From NCBI GenBank assembly GCA_019747795.1, contig JAIEQK010000011.1:7737-71736 (forward strand): a DNA stretch of 64,000 nucleotides. The letters are read 5' to 3'. The notes under the pieces were generated by a model. It searched no databases. It was given only the letters and a program-made list of their open reading frames with translations, and was not told the DNA's origin. This document shows positions 63,108-64,000 of this stretch, one piece after another (the stretch's first letter is position 1; each line of letters opens with the position of its first letter). The stretch comes from Gammaproteobacteria bacterium. Its GTDB lineage: Bacteria > Pseudomonadota > Gammaproteobacteria > Ga0077536. Made by a program: the position numbers and the translations under genes.

Positions 63108-64000
63108 TCAGATCTCCGACAGTAATCGCGTCAGGACGCCGTCCTTGGGACGCAATGCGCTGGCGACGATGGCATCGGCACGCGCCTGGCTGTCCGCGAC
63201 CGCATAGATACGTAGTTCGTCGGCGTTGCCGGACGGCCGCACGTGGGCGACGTCGTGATTGGCGAAGCCGAGCCGGGTGCCGTCGGTGCCATTCACCGAG
63301 ACCACGGCTGGGAAGCCATCCTCTGGGGTGAAGTACCGGGCGACGCGGCCGGCGAACTCGGCCTGCGGCTCGCCGTCGCGGGGCAGCAGGGCGGCGGCGG
63401 CGGCGAGCCCGGCGCTGCGGGGGCAGGGCCGCAGCAGGCTGGCGCGGCTGTAGCGGCGGGGCAGGGCATCGAACAGTGCGTCCACCGGGCAGCGTCGCGC
63501 CAGCGCTTCGCGCAGCACGGTGATGATGGGCAGGAAGGCGTCGCGCGTCGGAAGCGCGGGCAGCACGTGGCCGTCGCGCTCGATGTCGGAGCCGGTGAGA
63601 AAGCCGCCGTTGGCCTCCCAGCCGCACACGCGGCGCGCGCCCCGCGCGCGGGCCGCCAGCATGCCGGCGATGACGTAGGGCGAGCCGATGCGGGTCTTGG
63701 GTTCGAGCAGGGTCGCGAGCGGCCCGCGGTCGATGGCGTCGTTGCAGCTCACCGGCACCACCACCCGATCGGCGCCGAGTGCCGCGGCGACCACCATGCC
63801 GACCAGGTCACCACCGTGGAAGCGCGCCGTTGGGCGCCCACTGTCGTCGTAACGAAGGCCAAGGATCAGGGGACGATCGGAGTCGCCGTCGGTCGAGACC
63901 AGGGCGTCGAAGCGTGCGCTACCGCCGCTGGCGGCGATGGCGAGTGCGGTGAGCTCGTCCAGGGTCGAGTCGTCCAGCGCCTCGGTGTCGATGGGCACGA
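63108..64000 (-). CDS. Phosphomannomutase/phosphoglucomutase, C-terminal ~295 aa. The N-terminus lies beyond the window end.
   Basis: 'GWEANGGFLTGSDIERDG' and phosphoserine-loop-like 'STDGDSDRP'. Frame open to nt 64000. Confidence 0.7.
   Translation of the reverse strand, partial: VPIDTEALDDSTLDELTALAIAASGGSARFDALVSTDGDSDRPLILGLRYDDSGRPTARFHGGDLVGMVVAAALGADRVVVPVSCNDAIDRGPLATLLEPKTRIGSPYVIAGMLAARARGARRVCGWEANGGFLTGSDIERDGHVLPALPTRDAFLPIITVLREALARRCPVDALFDALPRRYSRASLLRPCPRSAGLAAAAALLPRDGEPQAEFAGRVARYFTPEDGFPAVVSVNGTDGTRLGFANHDVAHVRPSGNADELRIYAVADSQARADAIVASALRPKDGVLTRLLSEI

Overview
This is a high-GC (about 65-70%) proteobacterial chromosomal window. Nearly all of it is coding, and three themes dominate. 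(1) Positions 1-3993 hold the C-terminal ~1300 aa of a filamentous-haemagglutinin-like TpsA adhesin, with its likely TpsB partner 20 kb away on the opposite strand (24529-26154). (2) Positions 4.0-19 kb form an arsenic-resistance island with two canonical modules: arsC-gapdh-arsJ, and arsR-arsD-arsA-acr3. Between them sits an unusual accessory module: a Cys-rich MarR, a GNAT::flavin-monooxygenase fusion, an MFS transporter, an AhpD-like protein, an ECF sigma factor and a VOC protein. Three unrelated proteins in this module end in the same low-complexity tail of vicinal cysteine pairs (..ACC-x9-14-ACC). I consider this the most novel signal in the window. The island also carries a heterodimeric SMR pair plus an AlkB-like desaturase under an ArsR-family regulator. 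(3) A TonB/ExbB(long)/ExbD/porin/coiled-coil energiser cluster (19-24.4 kb) is followed by a tandem ~100-120 bp palindromic repeat array (26.3-26.9 kb). Next come two tandem, enlarged PstS-like secreted paralogues and a PEP-CTERM protein. From 32.4 kb to the end there is a complete exosortase-A (XrtA/EpsH-EpsI) PEP-CTERM exopolysaccharide locus with GDP-mannose/GDP-fucose supply genes, glycosyltransferases, Wzx/Wzy/Wzz, a tyrosine-kinase-like ATPase, a giant beta-helix protein and a second PEP-CTERM substrate. Blocks of lower GC inside the EPS locus suggest mosaic acquisition. No transposases, integrases, rRNA/tRNA genes or CRISPR arrays were seen. Many long antisense ORFs in the six-frame track are GC-bias artefacts. 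Gene starts were refined from the ORF track by frame arithmetic (GTG/TTG starts occur in the track), so individual starts may be off by a few codons.
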